Assembly: GCA_965204345.1 (NCBI GenBank)
Contig: OZ241981.1
Span: 1,824,001 to 1,888,000 of the forward strand
Reading direction: 5' to 3'
DNA: 64,000 nucleotides
Source of the DNA: Nitrosopumilus sp.
GTDB lineage: Archaea; Thermoproteota; Nitrososphaeria; Nitrososphaerales; Nitrosopumilaceae
Position 1 is the stretch's first letter. Each line of letters begins with the position of its first letter. Both the position numbers and the translations under genes were made by a program. The notes under the pieces were generated by a model, which was given only the letters and a program-made list of their open reading frames with translations, searched no databases and had not been told where the DNA came from. Below are positions 40,639 to 51,140 of this stretch, one piece after another.

Positions 40639-40729
40639 CCAAGATTCCTGCTAAAGCTGCTGCCCTCATAAATCCTATTTGAAATGTAATTATTTATGTT
40701 TGAAACTGACCTTACCTTAAACTCAAACC

Positions 40730-42031
40730 TTATCCTGTAATTTTTAATAGTTTTTTAATTGTATCCCCTGGCGTTTCTCCAAAAACAATTATCATCGGCT
40801 CTTTTCCAAAATCACCCCTGTGAAAGATTACGTCAGGCGGCATCCTCAATTTTTTGATTGAGTTTTTTACCCCCCATGCAACAGTTGATCCCCTTCTTTT
40901 GTTGTCCCCCGGTTCCTGGGTCCTGTCATAGCTGGTCATTACAAAGTTTGATTTCTTAATTTTATCAATTGTTGAATTTTGATATTTCAAATTTATTGCA
41001 GAGCAGGTCCCTGGAAATTTTTTATTTACTGCCAATAATGCCGTAGCAACGTGCTTGGAACCCCCGTATGCTAGATTGCCTGCAACTATGACCTCCCTTT
41101 CTGCCCTGACTATTCTTCCTGACAATCCCATTACGTCTTTTGTGGATTTGGGATCCCCTTTAGAGTATACAAAATTTGTCTGGCATTCGGGAATGTTCTT
41201 GTAGATATTTTTTATTCTTGTAAACTCGTTTATTGACTGGGCCAGTGCTGATCTTGTTTTATCCTCTTTGTGAATGTCTGTTATCTTGATTCCCCTTCCA
41301 ACTTTTTTTGCATTTCTAATCGAATTAAAAGTAAATTCCCTTGCAAATCTTACCGATTCACGTATGGTTTTCTTGTTTGCAACTGCAAATGTCATCGCTG
41401 CTGAGTAGTTGCATCCGCCTCCGTGGTTTGTATTGCTGATCTTCTCTCCCAAAATCCTGTATCTTTTGTCTTTCTCCAAAACAAGGTCTGCCATCTTGCC
41501 GTTTTTTTCTTCAATTCCCGTGATGACTATATTTTTTGCCCCCATCCCTTGGATATCTTTTGCAATTTTCTCTACTGTGTTTTTAGAGCTGCTTTTTGAG
41601 TTTGATAGTATCCCTGCCTCAAATTTGTTTGGAGTGATCACAGTAGCTAGTGGGATGATGTACTTCCGAAAATCCTTTACTGCCCTGCCTTCAATGAGCA
41701 TTCCGCCTGTTGTTGACTTGATTACTGGATCCACCACGATTGGAATCCTTAATTTTTTTAATTGCTGATGTATGATTTTGATTATCTCTGAATTAAACAC
41801 CATTCCAATTTTAATTCCGCCAACTTTAAAATCAGAGAGGACTGATTCAATCTGATTTTTTAGCATGCTGCTTGATACTGGCTCGACTAGCCCAAAACTT
41901 GACGTGTTCTGAGATGTAATTGCTGTAACTGCCGTTAATACGTGCGTTCCAAACTCCGTAAATGCCTTTACATCGCTTTGAATTCCCGCACCTGATGACG
42001 GATCAGACCCTCCTATGGATAACAGATTCAT
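40730..42031 (-). CDS. thiD: HMP/HMP-P kinase - thiamine phosphate synthase fusion (ThiDN)
   Basis: IGGSDPSSGAGIQSD, ITPN, HGGGC; C-terminal IPECQTN, GGSKHVA, GDFGKEP (ThiN). Confidence 0.93.
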   Translation of the reverse strand: MNLLSIGGSDPSSGAGIQSDVKAFTEFGTHVLTAVTAITSQNTSSFGLVEPVSSSMLKNQIESVLSDFKVGGIKIGMVFNSEIIKIIHQQLKKLRIPIVVDPVIKSTTGGMLIEGRAVKDFRKYIIPLATVITPNKFEAGILSNSKSSSKNTVEKIAKDIQGMGAKNIVITGIEEKNGKMADLVLEKDKRYRILGEKISNTNHGGGCNYSAAMTFAVANKKTIRESVRFAREFTFNSIRNAKKVGRGIKITDIHKEDKTRSALAQSINEFTRIKNIYKNIPECQTNFVYSKGDPKSTKDVMGLSGRIVRAEREVIVAGNLAYGGSKHVATALLAVNKKFPGTCSAINLKYQNSTIDKIKKSNFVMTSYDRTQEPGDNKRRGSTVAWGVKNSIKKLRMPPDVIFHRGDFGKEPMIIVFGETPGDTIKKLLKITG

Positions 42032-42127
42032 TGGTCTTTGTTGTTTTCTAGCACTAATCTGTATTTCCATTTTGCATGCATGATTTTGCAATACTTGTTT
42101 TATACTTGAAGAGATATCCATTCTCTG

Positions 42128-42322
42128 ATGACACAAGTCCCGATGACTCATTATGATAGTTCCGTTAAGAGGCCACGCTGCACAGCTTGCCTGTTGCCCA
42201 TACAATACCAGATGATTAAGGATGGCAAGTTTCTCTGGCAGTGCTTCAAGTGCGGCAAGCAGTATCTTGTCTCAAAAAATATGGATGATGCCGTGGAGGA
42301 GAGCTGGAGTCCGCCGCGATAA
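42128..42322 (+). CDS. Small zinc-ribbon protein
   Basis: CTAC...CFKC. Confidence 0.6.
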   Translation: MTQVPMTHYDSSVKRPRCTACLLPIQYQMIKDGKFLWQCFKCGKQYLVSKNMDDAVEESWSPPR

Positions 42323-42549
42323 TGGATGCATCCGAATTAGATTCTTTAAAGTCTGAAAATAAGAGACTGCGAGACTATATCTCCCTAGTCTCAGCCGAGA
42401 TAGAACTATCCCAAAGGGCATACGAAATCAAGCAAAATTTTGCAGACGGTTCTCCTGATTCCAGGCGTCTAATTGTGCCTATCTTGGAGAGAATTGCCAA
42501 AATAAAATCAGAAAAATCTGTTTTGGAAAACGAACTAAATCTTGGTTAA
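42322..42549 (+). CDS. Small coiled-coil hypothetical protein
   Basis: Start overlaps upstream stop; heptad-like pattern. Confidence 0.6.
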   Translation: MDASELDSLKSENKRLRDYISLVSAEIELSQRAYEIKQNFADGSPDSRRLIVPILERIAKIKSEKSVLENELNLG

Positions 42550-42558
42550 TCTAAATGT

Positions 42559-42657
42559 CTATGTTGAGGTCTGGGTTATACAATCATTAGAACAAAACTC
42601 GCCCTTCATGCTGAGAAACTCCCTGCCACAATGTTTGCATTCTCTAATTGTTTGCAT
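42559..42657 (-). CDS. Tiny Cys-rich peptide (32 aa)
   Basis: MQTIRECKHCGREFLSMKGEFCSNDC, a CxxCG..F...FCS..C pattern. Confidence 0.45.
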   Translation of the reverse strand: MQTIRECKHCGREFLSMKGEFCSNDCITQTST

Positions 42658-42788
42658 ATTATACTTGGCAGTTTATGACATAAAAGATCGATCATTTCTC
42701 TTAATATACTGCCAAGATATTTTCCTGCGATCAATATTTTTCATCCTTTTCACGATTGTTTAAATCAGGCAAAAACATAGAGTACGTC

Positions 42789-44117
42789 ATGGCTACTCAA
42801 ATGACTTCGGCTCGGCGAGGCGTTGCAACTGATGAAATGAAACAAGTGGCCAAGGATGAAGATGTCTCACTTGATTGGCTAATTCCAAAGATTGCAAAGG
42901 GCTCTGTCATTATTCCCAGCAACAACGTGAGGCCGCAAAAAATTCACAACGTTGGCATTGGCAACGGCCTGAAAACAAAGGTCAATGTAAACATTGGAAC
43001 CTCCACGTTAAACGTAAACATTGAGGAGGAAGTTGAAAAAGCAAAAGTTGCAATAAAATATCATGCAGATACCATAATGGATCTCAGCGATGGGGGAGAT
43101 GTCAAAAAAATCCGCAGGACTCTTTTGGATGTGGCACCCATTACTTTTGGAACCGTTCCAATCTATGAGGCATACAACTATGGCGTTGAGGTTCACAAAA
43201 ATCCCCTGAATCTGACTGAGGATGACTATATCAGGGCGTTTGAAAACAACGCAAAGGACGGAGTCGATTACACCACTGTTCACTGTGGGATTACAAAGGA
43301 TATTGCAAAGAGAATTCTCAAGGTTCAAAGATATGGCGGGGTCGTAAGCAAGGGCGGTACAATTACTGCTGCATGGATGCTAAAGCACGACAAGGAAAAT
43401 CCATACGTTACCCACTATGATTACATGATGGAAGTTGCCAAAAAATATGATGTGACATTTAGCCTTGGGGACGCACTAAGACCGGGCTCAATTTTAGACT
43501 CTCATGATGAATTGCAGGTCCAAGAGATGATCAACATATCTAGGCTAACCAAGCGTGCACACGAGCATGATGTTCAGGTTATGGTTGAAGGTCCGGGTCA
43601 TGTACCGCTAAATGAGGTTGCTGCAAATGTAAGATTGGCAAAATCCCTGATTGGCGATGTCCCATACTATGTTCTAGGTCCCCTGGTGACTGATATTGCA
43701 TCTGGCCATGATCATATTGCAAGTGCAATTGGTGCGGCAGTTTCTGCAAGCGAAGGCGTAGATCTCTTGTGTTACTTGACTCCTTCTGAGCATTTGGCAC
43801 TGCCAAACGCAGATGAGGTAAAATCCGGCTTGATAGCATATAGAATTGCAGCCCATGCAGGTGATCTTGTAAAAATTCGCGACAAGGTCATAAAGTGGGA
43901 CGTCCAAATGACTGAGGCTAGAAGGACACTGGATTGGGAAAGGCAGCTTGCTTTGTCAATTGATCCTGAGGAGGCAGCCAAAATTCACAGCAGAACCGGG
44001 CAACATCCTGGCAATAACGTGCCTTGTACCATGTGTGGCGGTGCATGCGTGTACATGATGCTGCCTCAGCAGAAAAAATATGATAAAGAAAATGAAAACC
44101 TACAACAGGCTGACTAG
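42789..44117 (+). CDS. thiC: Phosphomethylpyrimidine synthase
   Basis: TKVNVNIGTS, SLGDALRPG, VEGPGH, CTMCG..C. Confidence 0.97.
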   Translation: MATQMTSARRGVATDEMKQVAKDEDVSLDWLIPKIAKGSVIIPSNNVRPQKIHNVGIGNGLKTKVNVNIGTSTLNVNIEEEVEKAKVAIKYHADTIMDLSDGGDVKKIRRTLLDVAPITFGTVPIYEAYNYGVEVHKNPLNLTEDDYIRAFENNAKDGVDYTTVHCGITKDIAKRILKVQRYGGVVSKGGTITAAWMLKHDKENPYVTHYDYMMEVAKKYDVTFSLGDALRPGSILDSHDELQVQEMINISRLTKRAHEHDVQVMVEGPGHVPLNEVAANVRLAKSLIGDVPYYVLGPLVTDIASGHDHIASAIGAAVSASEGVDLLCYLTPSEHLALPNADEVKSGLIAYRIAAHAGDLVKIRDKVIKWDVQMTEARRTLDWERQLALSIDPEEAAKIHSRTGQHPGNNVPCTMCGGACVYMMLPQQKKYDKENENLQQAD

Positions 44118-44510
44118 AATCTTTTCAAGGCTTGGAACTGTTTGATAATCTTTTAGCTCCTCTGTGCTGCCTATCCATCTAAAATCAGAGTTTTCCCAAT
44201 TTAGCCTGATTGTAGGATTTGCAGACTCGAACAGAAATGGGAATATCTCCCATTCGTGATTTTTGTATTGCGGGGAACTGACTTTCATCTCTTTTGCAGC
44301 CTTGCTTAGCGTAATTTGGTCCTCTGTTATGCCAACCTCTTCAAAAATCTCAATTTTTGCCCTTGAGAGTGGCTCCTCGTCGTTCTCTATGACCCCGCTG
44401 ACTCCTGCCCACAACCCCCTCATTGACCTTACTTTGTCACTTCGTCTTAGAATCAATATCTTGTCATTGTCCCTGATAAAGGATGTGACAATCTTCGTTG
44501 AGCGCAGCAT
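44100..44510 (-). CDS. NUDIX hydrolase
   Basis: G.IE..E....A..E..EEVG Nudix box. Confidence 0.9.
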   Translation of the reverse strand: MLRSTKIVTSFIRDNDKILILRRSDKVRSMRGLWAGVSGVIENDEEPLSRAKIEIFEEVGITEDQITLSKAAKEMKVSSPQYKNHEWEIFPFLFESANPTIRLNWENSDFRWIGSTEELKDYQTVPSLEKILVSLL

Positions 44511-44517
44511 TTTACTG

Positions 44518-45369
44518 CTACTTTTCGACTGCCTTTACCATTTTTGTCAGTTTTTTATATGACTCGCTTATGTCCGTATGCTTGCCTAGCCTTTCTTGGC
44601 ATTCTTTGATATAGTTTACCACCTCCTCGGTCTTTGACTCTTGGACTGATGTGAGCAATCTGCCGATATCCTTCCAAAGCTCCTCTGCCACTTTGCGAAT
44701 TTCTGGGTTTGCAATGATTGTCTCAATTAGTTCCGGGGATTCTGTCATGATGCTCTCTGCTAGTGTCTTTTGTACTCTAAAGGTGGTCCCTGACATTTTT
44801 TCTGTAAGGTTCATCTTTTCATCCTTTGAAATTATGCTTGCAAAAACCAAATTCATCAGATGTGTTAATCCTAAAATAACTGCAATTTTTTTGTCATGCT
44901 CTGCTGCATCAATTGTAACAAAGTTTGCCCCTGCAAACAGTGTCTTTGCAACTGTCAGCTCTTTTTTTGCATCTTTTATTGGGACTGAAATTATGTTTTG
45001 ACCCTTTATCGTCTTAATTCCCGGGCCAAACATTGGGTGTATGCAAATCGGATTTATTTTCGATGGCATCTTTGAGAGTGATGAGACTACCTTGGATTTT
45101 TCAGACGAAATTTCAATAAGGTATGTTCCGTGCTTCATCTCTTTTGCAATCAATCTTATTATTTCCGGGGTTCTCCGTGTGGGCGTACACAGTACCACGT
45201 AATCAGCCTTTAGTATTCCCCCCACTAGTGATTCTGTTACTATGACGTCTTTTTTTGAAACCTTGTTCTCCGGATCATAGCCTGTCACTTCAAATCCGTT
45301 ACCTGCAAAGTATTTTGAAAACCATTGTCCCATCTGACCCCCTGCACCGACTATTGTGATCTTTTTCAT
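44518..45369 (-). CDS. tyrA: Prephenate dehydrogenase
   Basis: GAGGQMG Rossmann motif, HPMFGP, EHD, LTH. Confidence 0.93.
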   Translation of the reverse strand: MKKITIVGAGGQMGQWFSKYFAGNGFEVTGYDPENKVSKKDVIVTESLVGGILKADYVVLCTPTRRTPEIIRLIAKEMKHGTYLIEISSEKSKVVSSLSKMPSKINPICIHPMFGPGIKTIKGQNIISVPIKDAKKELTVAKTLFAGANFVTIDAAEHDKKIAVILGLTHLMNLVFASIISKDEKMNLTEKMSGTTFRVQKTLAESIMTESPELIETIIANPEIRKVAEELWKDIGRLLTSVQESKTEEVVNYIKECQERLGKHTDISESYKKLTKMVKAVEK

Positions 45370-46736
45370 TGCTTCTCACTCATCATGCTGCCTAGTATGC
45401 TCATTCCTTCCATCAATTTATTCTCATCCTGACATGCTGAAATCCTGATAAACTTTTTGTAATCTCCAAATCCTTCCCCCGGTGCCACTGCCAGTCCTTT
45501 CTCTAATGCGCTGTTGGCAAATTCTACCCCGTCAAATCCCTCCTGGTTAATTCTTGCAAAAAGATACATCGCCCCGTCTGGAACGACAAAATCCAAGCCC
45601 ATTTTAGCTGCTTTTTGCATCAACACATCTAGTCTGTTTTGTACCGTATTAGTATTATTGGTTGTGTCTGCCTCTAGGGCCCTCATGGCTATGTATTGGA
45701 TTGGTTCTGAAACACTTGTAAGGCATAATGCCCCTAATTTTGCCATTTTTTCAATAATTCCCTGGTCTGCTATGCCGTATCCCACCCTGAATCCTGTCAT
45801 GGCATGGGATTTTGAAAATGACTGGGTAACTATGCTTTTTTCATAGTTATAGCTTAGAATGCTCTTCCATCTGGTCTTTGCATACTGTGAATAAATCTCG
45901 TCACTTAGTATGTAGAGGTCGTTTTCCCTTGCCAGCCTGACAATCTCGTCTTGTGTTTTTTCACCTAGGATTTTTCCTGTTGGGTTGTTTGGATAGTTTA
46001 ACACGATCATTTTCGTATTTGAATTAACTGCATTTTTGATCTGCCCTATTGACGGTTCCCACTCTTTCTCAAGAGTCGTGCTGACGGTTCTTACCTTGAC
46101 TCCTGAATTTAATGCGCAGTCTTTGTATGCAGGCCATGCCGGCTCAATTACAATCATTTCATCACCTGGATTCAAGAGCGTCGTAATTGCAGCAAAGATT
46201 GAAAACCTTGCCCCCGGACTGACAATAATGTTGTCTTGGCTGATATCTGCATCAAATTTTTTGGATGTGTATTTTGCAAGTGCATCCCTGAATTCCGGCA
46301 TCCCCTTTGCCTGGCCATACTTTAAAAATCCCTTCTCAAAAACTTCCCCTAGCGCTTTTTTTACATTTTCTGGGGGCAAGAAATCCGGCTCTCCTACCTC
46401 CATGTGGATGATCTTTTTTCCTTGCGCCTCAAGTGATTTTGCCTTTGAGAAAACTGATAGGTGTGTCTGCTTGTTTGCTGACTGAACTTTGATTGATTCA
46501 TTTAGCAGAAAATTTAAAAATTTTGTAGCAATCGCCTCTTCCAGTCCTATTTTGTTGCACAGTGAAATCACTTTTGCACGCAAGTTATCTTCCCTTGTCT
46601 CATCTGTTATTCCCTTGCCGATATTTTTTTTGACCTTTCCTATCTCTTTTGCAATCTCTGTTCTTGTTTTTAGCAGCTCCATCATGCTCAGAGTAACCTC
46701 CTCCATCCTGTCTCGAAGATCATCAATGTCTGCCAT
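45366..46736 (-). CDS. Chorismate mutase - class I/II aminotransferase fusion
   Basis: N-terminal AroQ-like (LR..R..IA.EIG..K...D.TRE); NYPNNPTG, SDEIY, SFSKSHAMTGFRVG. Confidence 0.9.
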   Translation of the reverse strand: MADIDDLRDRMEEVTLSMMELLKTRTEIAKEIGKVKKNIGKGITDETREDNLRAKVISLCNKIGLEEAIATKFLNFLLNESIKVQSANKQTHLSVFSKAKSLEAQGKKIIHMEVGEPDFLPPENVKKALGEVFEKGFLKYGQAKGMPEFRDALAKYTSKKFDADISQDNIIVSPGARFSIFAAITTLLNPGDEMIVIEPAWPAYKDCALNSGVKVRTVSTTLEKEWEPSIGQIKNAVNSNTKMIVLNYPNNPTGKILGEKTQDEIVRLARENDLYILSDEIYSQYAKTRWKSILSYNYEKSIVTQSFSKSHAMTGFRVGYGIADQGIIEKMAKLGALCLTSVSEPIQYIAMRALEADTTNNTNTVQNRLDVLMQKAAKMGLDFVVPDGAMYLFARINQEGFDGVEFANSALEKGLAVAPGEGFGDYKKFIRISACQDENKLMEGMSILGSMMSEKQ

Positions 46737-46740
46737 TTTC

Positions 46741-47838
46741 TTACAGTGTCGGCTTTATTGCCCCTGAAAGGAGTGCATGGTCTGCTATGGTCAGTGCCAC
46801 AAGGGAGTCTACCACCGGTGGTGCCCTTGGCACTACGCACGGATCATGCCTGCCTTTGACCTGAAGGACTGCCTCTTTTTTGGTCTTGATATCTACAGTC
46901 TTTTGTTTTTGCGCAATTGATGATGCCGGCTTGAATGCGACCCTCATCGTAATTGGCATGCCGTTGGAAATTCCCCCCAAAATTCCCCCGGACCTGTTTG
47001 TTTCTGTTATTATTTTTCCTTTCCTTATTGCGTACAGGTCATTATTTTCTGAGCCGTAAAGCTCTGATCCCCTAAAACCTGAACCAAACTCAACTCCTTT
47101 TACTGACGGAATTGAAAAGATTGCCTTGCTCAAATCTGATTCCAATGAGCTGAAAATCGGTTCTCCTAGCCCTACTGGCACATTGGTTGTTACTGATTCA
47201 ATTATTCCCCCTAGCGAGTCTCCCATCTTTTTTGCATCTAGGATATCTGCCCTCATTATTTGTGCTGTTTTGTTCTCAGGGCATCTTACCTCGTTCTTGT
47301 AAATAGAACCAATCATATCTTCACTGAATTCTCCTTGCATCTTTGTTTTTCCAATCTGTGCTGTAAATGAATTCGTCTCAATACCAAGTGTGACTCTGAG
47401 CAGCTTTCTTGCAATGGCCCCGCCCATCACATGGGTTGCCGTCAGTCTCCCTGAAAACCTGCCTCCTCCCCTGTGATCATTGTAATGGTTGTATTTTGTC
47501 ATGGCCGGATAGTCTGAGTGCCCCGGTCTTAGTTTTGTTTTCAAATTCTCATAATCCCTTGATTTTTGATCACTATTGCAAACTATCATTGTAATTGGCG
47601 CACCTGTGGTATGGCCCCTGAATATTCCTGAAACAATCTCAACTACGTCTCCCTCCTTTCTCTGAGTTGAGATCATGTTTTGTCCTGGCCTTCTAAGGTC
47701 TAGCATCTTTTGAATATCTTTTTCATTTATCTCTAGTCCTGCAGGGCATCCGTCTAGTACTGCACCAATTGATCTTCCATGACTCTCACCAAAACTTGTC
47801 AATACAAGACGCTGACCAATAGAACTTCCCGGCAACAC
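46741..47838 (-). CDS. aroC: Chorismate synthase
   Basis: FGESHG, RPGHSD, GGGRFSGR, GRHDPC. Confidence 0.97.
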   Translation of the reverse strand: MLPGSSIGQRLVLTSFGESHGRSIGAVLDGCPAGLEINEKDIQKMLDLRRPGQNMISTQRKEGDVVEIVSGIFRGHTTGAPITMIVCNSDQKSRDYENLKTKLRPGHSDYPAMTKYNHYNDHRGGGRFSGRLTATHVMGGAIARKLLRVTLGIETNSFTAQIGKTKMQGEFSEDMIGSIYKNEVRCPENKTAQIMRADILDAKKMGDSLGGIIESVTTNVPVGLGEPIFSSLESDLSKAIFSIPSVKGVEFGSGFRGSELYGSENNDLYAIRKGKIITETNRSGGILGGISNGMPITMRVAFKPASSIAQKQKTVDIKTKKEAVLQVKGRHDPCVVPRAPPVVDSLVALTIADHALLSGAIKPTL

Positions 47839-48006
47839 ACTATCAAAGCTAATCGATGTTTATAATTCCTCATTCTGAACTTTTTTAAAAATTATTTTGA
47901 TGTTTTTCATTATATTTTAACATCTGTTTAAAAATTATGGTATTATTAAATATTATTTGTAATAATTATAATATCTTCTTAAATATCTTAATTGCGTATG
48001 TAATGT

Positions 48007-48140
48007 GTGCAAAATCACGCAAGTACTAACAAATGATTTGCACGGCTCTGTGAAAAGTGGCAGGTTAGCATGCCAAGGCATGTGAGTGAGGAGGTTCTCT
48101 TTGCTCCATCACAGGGTTTACACTTTGATAGCTTGAATAT
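48007..48140 (+). ncRNA. Candidate structured non-coding RNA
   Basis: TTAAATA at 47979, four helices with G-U pairs, T-tract at 48140-48149. Confidence 0.45.
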
Positions 48141-48158
48141 TTTTTTTTTGAAGACTGT

Positions 48159-49427
48159 TTATACAATCTGGATTTTTGCGCCAATGCGGCTCATCTCTTC
48201 TATGAAATTTGGATATGATACCTTGACTGATTGAGGATCCGTCACCGTACAGTCTCCTATGTGCATTCCTGCAATGCAAAAGGCCATGAACAGTCTGTGG
48301 TCCTCCTCTGAGTTCAGATTTGCCCCTGACAGTCTTTCTGCGGGGTTTAGTATTAATCCGTCTTCTTTCTCCTGTATGATGATTCCAAGTTTTGATAGCT
48401 CCCTTGATATGATTGCAATTCTGTCTGTCTCCTTTAGTCTTGCATGCCTTACATTGAATATCTCAATTGGTTTTGTCGTGTTTAGTGCCAAGATTGCAAG
48501 AGGCGGAAGCAGGTCCGGGGAGTTGCTTAGATCAAATCTCCCGCCTGTCAGTTTTTTTGTTGATTTTACTGTTATCTCATCCTCTTCTATTGAGATGCCG
48601 ACTCCCATCTGTTCTAGGATGTCTATAAAGACCTCGTCGCCTTGAGGCAGGCTGCCTATGCTTCCCTTGATGGTTACATTCTCTCCGTTTAGTACCGCAG
48701 CTGAGAGAAGCAGTGCAAGACTTGAAAAATCAATTGGGACTGCAAACGCTGATTCTTTGTAGATTTGCGGTGCTATGCTGTATGTTTTGTATGGGATTAA
48801 TGTCTGTACTGTCGCGCCAAACTTTCTCATTGTAGCTATAGTTGCATCCAGATATGGCTTTGAAACTAGGTTTCCTTCAATGCTAAGATTGATTCCTTTC
48901 TCTGTAAGCGGCGCACTAATCATCAGTGCTGAGATAAATTGGCTGGAAAAATTGCCTGGAATTTTTACATCCCCGCCCGTAATTTTTCCCCTGATTTTGA
49001 TTGGAGGCTTGCCATCAGTTGACTCGCATTGTGCTCCCATGCTTGAGAGTGCGTCTAGGAGCGGCTGCATTGGTCTTTTTTGCAGGCTAGAGTCCCCCGT
49101 CAGAGTTATCTCCTCTGAGTACAAACTTGCAATCCCTGCTGCTATCCTGATTGTGGTCCCTGAATTTTCCGTGTTAATTTCAGGCACTTTTGTGCCTATT
49201 CTTATCGGATTTTTGACAGTGATTGACGAATCCCTAATCTCAATGTCTGCCCCAAATTTCTTACATGCATTGATTGTGGCAGCCGTATCTGCTGACAGCA
49301 GTACATTTTCCACCGTGCTGTTTCCTCCGGCAAGCGATGCCAGGAAAATTGCCCTGTGCGTGTAACTCTTGTTTGACGGGCAGGCTATCTGGCCTGAGAT
49401 CCTTGACTTTTGAATCTTACACTTCAT
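48159..49427 (-). CDS. aroA: EPSP synthase
   Basis: PSNKSYTHR, NSGTT.R, SSQFIS, RLKETDR, DHR. Confidence 0.96.
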   Translation of the reverse strand: MKCKIQKSRISGQIACPSNKSYTHRAIFLASLAGGNSTVENVLLSADTAATINACKKFGADIEIRDSSITVKNPIRIGTKVPEINTENSGTTIRIAAGIASLYSEEITLTGDSSLQKRPMQPLLDALSSMGAQCESTDGKPPIKIRGKITGGDVKIPGNFSSQFISALMISAPLTEKGINLSIEGNLVSKPYLDATIATMRKFGATVQTLIPYKTYSIAPQIYKESAFAVPIDFSSLALLLSAAVLNGENVTIKGSIGSLPQGDEVFIDILEQMGVGISIEEDEITVKSTKKLTGGRFDLSNSPDLLPPLAILALNTTKPIEIFNVRHARLKETDRIAIISRELSKLGIIIQEKEDGLILNPAERLSGANLNSEEDHRLFMAFCIAGMHIGDCTVTDPQSVKVSYPNFIEEMSRIGAKIQIV

Positions 49428-50271
49428 GAACTTCTGCCTTTTTGTTGCTAATCCCTGAAACAATTACGTCTCCCTCTAGTGATGAAAATACTTTTTTGAC
49501 GGCAGCCTCGCTCTCTTTTTTTGCTATTGCCGCAATCGATGGGCCGTTTCCAGACACTGATGCGCCTAGCGCCCCCTTTTCAACTAGTTCTGCAATGATT
49601 TTAGGATCTGAATTTAAAATTGATGCAGTTGCCAGTCCGTTAATTGTCATTGCCTCCCAGTAGTTTGCTTTTCTTGCAAGCTCCCATGCGCTTTCAAAGA
49701 CTGTTGATAGTATCTTGAGCTTTTTTAAATTTCCCCTCTTTCTATTTTTTGGAATAAATATTACTGCAACAAGATTTGCTGGTCCCTCCTCCCACTGAAC
49801 CCTCTTCTTCTTTGCATTGTCTGTCACGTTGAATCCCCCATAGTAACAGGAACACGCATCATCATATGCTCCTGTAATGCTGACTTTGGACTCTATTGAC
49901 GCATCCACACCTGTCAGCAGTATCTGCTGATCTGTTAATTTTGGTCTGAATACCTTTGCACATGCAAGAGCTACGGCAGATGATATTGCACTTGAGCTTT
50001 TTAATCCGTACCCCGTCGGGATTTCCGAGTCAAGCGTAACTGTTATCTTGTTTTGTCCCAAATCCCTTTTTGAAACAATCTTTTCAACTGTCTTGTTGAT
50101 TAATCTGGAACTGAGGCTCTTGTTTTCAGACCGAATTGAGATTCCTTTGCCCGGGCTGCTCTCTACTGTTGCCTCTACCCTTAGTGATATGCCCAAAGTT
50201 GCCCCCTTTTGGTTGGCAATTGCATTGACTATTGATACTGCCCCGTGTACTGTAGCCGTTGCCTTTGCCAT
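49417..50271 (-). CDS. aroK: Archaeal (GHMP-type) shikimate kinase
   Basis: SEIPTGYGLKSSSA, SITGAYDD, SGNGPS. Confidence 0.93.
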   Translation of the reverse strand: MAKATATVHGAVSIVNAIANQKGATLGISLRVEATVESSPGKGISIRSENKSLSSRLINKTVEKIVSKRDLGQNKITVTLDSEIPTGYGLKSSSAISSAVALACAKVFRPKLTDQQILLTGVDASIESKVSITGAYDDACSCYYGGFNVTDNAKKKRVQWEEGPANLVAVIFIPKNRKRGNLKKLKILSTVFESAWELARKANYWEAMTINGLATASILNSDPKIIAELVEKGALGASVSGNGPSIAAIAKKESEAAVKKVFSSLEGDVIVSGISNKKAEVHEV

Positions 50272-51108
50272 TTAAAATCCCCCCAGCAGTGCTTTTTTCA
50301 TGGCATTATAAGGTGCTTTTATGCCATGCCAAATCTCAAAAGCTCCGGCTGCCTGGCCTAGCAGCATCTCATATCCGTAAATAATTGTCGCGTCTCTCTC
50401 TTTGGCCTTTTTGATAAAATCCGTATTCATTGGCATGTACACAATATCATAGACAACGGTTTCTTCCTTAATGTCCTCCAAATCAATTATGGTTGTCTCA
50501 TTTTTGAGGCCTATTGGAGTTGCATTGACAATGATGTCATAATCCCTTACTGTACCTACAGACTCTATTGCCGCAGATGCTGCAGCCAATCCGACTGTAT
50601 TTGCAAATTCTGCAAGCTCGTCTGCTTTTTGCAATGTCCTGTTTGCAATGGTTATTGTCTCTGCCTTCTCTTTGGCAAATCCTGCAACGATAGCTCTTGC
50701 GGCCCCTCCTGCACCAATCAGCAAAACACTGGCATCTTTTATCCCAAGTTCCCTTCTCTTAAATGGCTCTAAAAACCCGTCCATGTCAGTATTGTATCCC
50801 TTTAGGACTCCGTTCTCATTTGATACCGTGTTTACTGCCCCAATCAGGCTGCATGACTCGTCTGTTTTGTCCAGGTACCTCATCATCTCTATTTTGTGCG
50901 GGATGGTAATGTTGAATCCGTCGATTTTTATTTTTTTTAGTCCTCTGATGCCCTCTTCTAGCTCACCTTTTGGAATTCTGTATGCAATGTATGAAGAGTC
51001 CAAATTCATTTCTCTGAATGCCGCACTGTGGATGTTTGGAGACAGTGAATGATCAATAGGATCACCAATTACTGCAAATGACTTGCTCATCTTACTTTTC
51101 TGAGTCAT
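50272..51108 (-). CDS. aroE: Shikimate dehydrogenase
   Basis: HSLSP, NITIPHK, GAVNT, NTD, GAGGAA. Confidence 0.96.
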   Translation of the reverse strand: MTQKSKMSKSFAVIGDPIDHSLSPNIHSAAFREMNLDSSYIAYRIPKGELEEGIRGLKKIKIDGFNITIPHKIEMMRYLDKTDESCSLIGAVNTVSNENGVLKGYNTDMDGFLEPFKRRELGIKDASVLLIGAGGAARAIVAGFAKEKAETITIANRTLQKADELAEFANTVGLAAASAAIESVGTVRDYDIIVNATPIGLKNETTIIDLEDIKEETVVYDIVYMPMNTDFIKKAKERDATIIYGYEMLLGQAAGAFEIWHGIKAPYNAMKKALLGGF

Positions 51109-51140
51109 ATGATTGATTTAAACTCTCAAGTCTGCCCTTG

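Noticed and set aside
42570-42640. TPP riboswitch upstream of thiC (GCTGAGA seen)
   Set aside because: The ACCTGA and TAATGC/GCG elements are missing; the sequence is explained by a small Cys-rich ORF on the minus strand.
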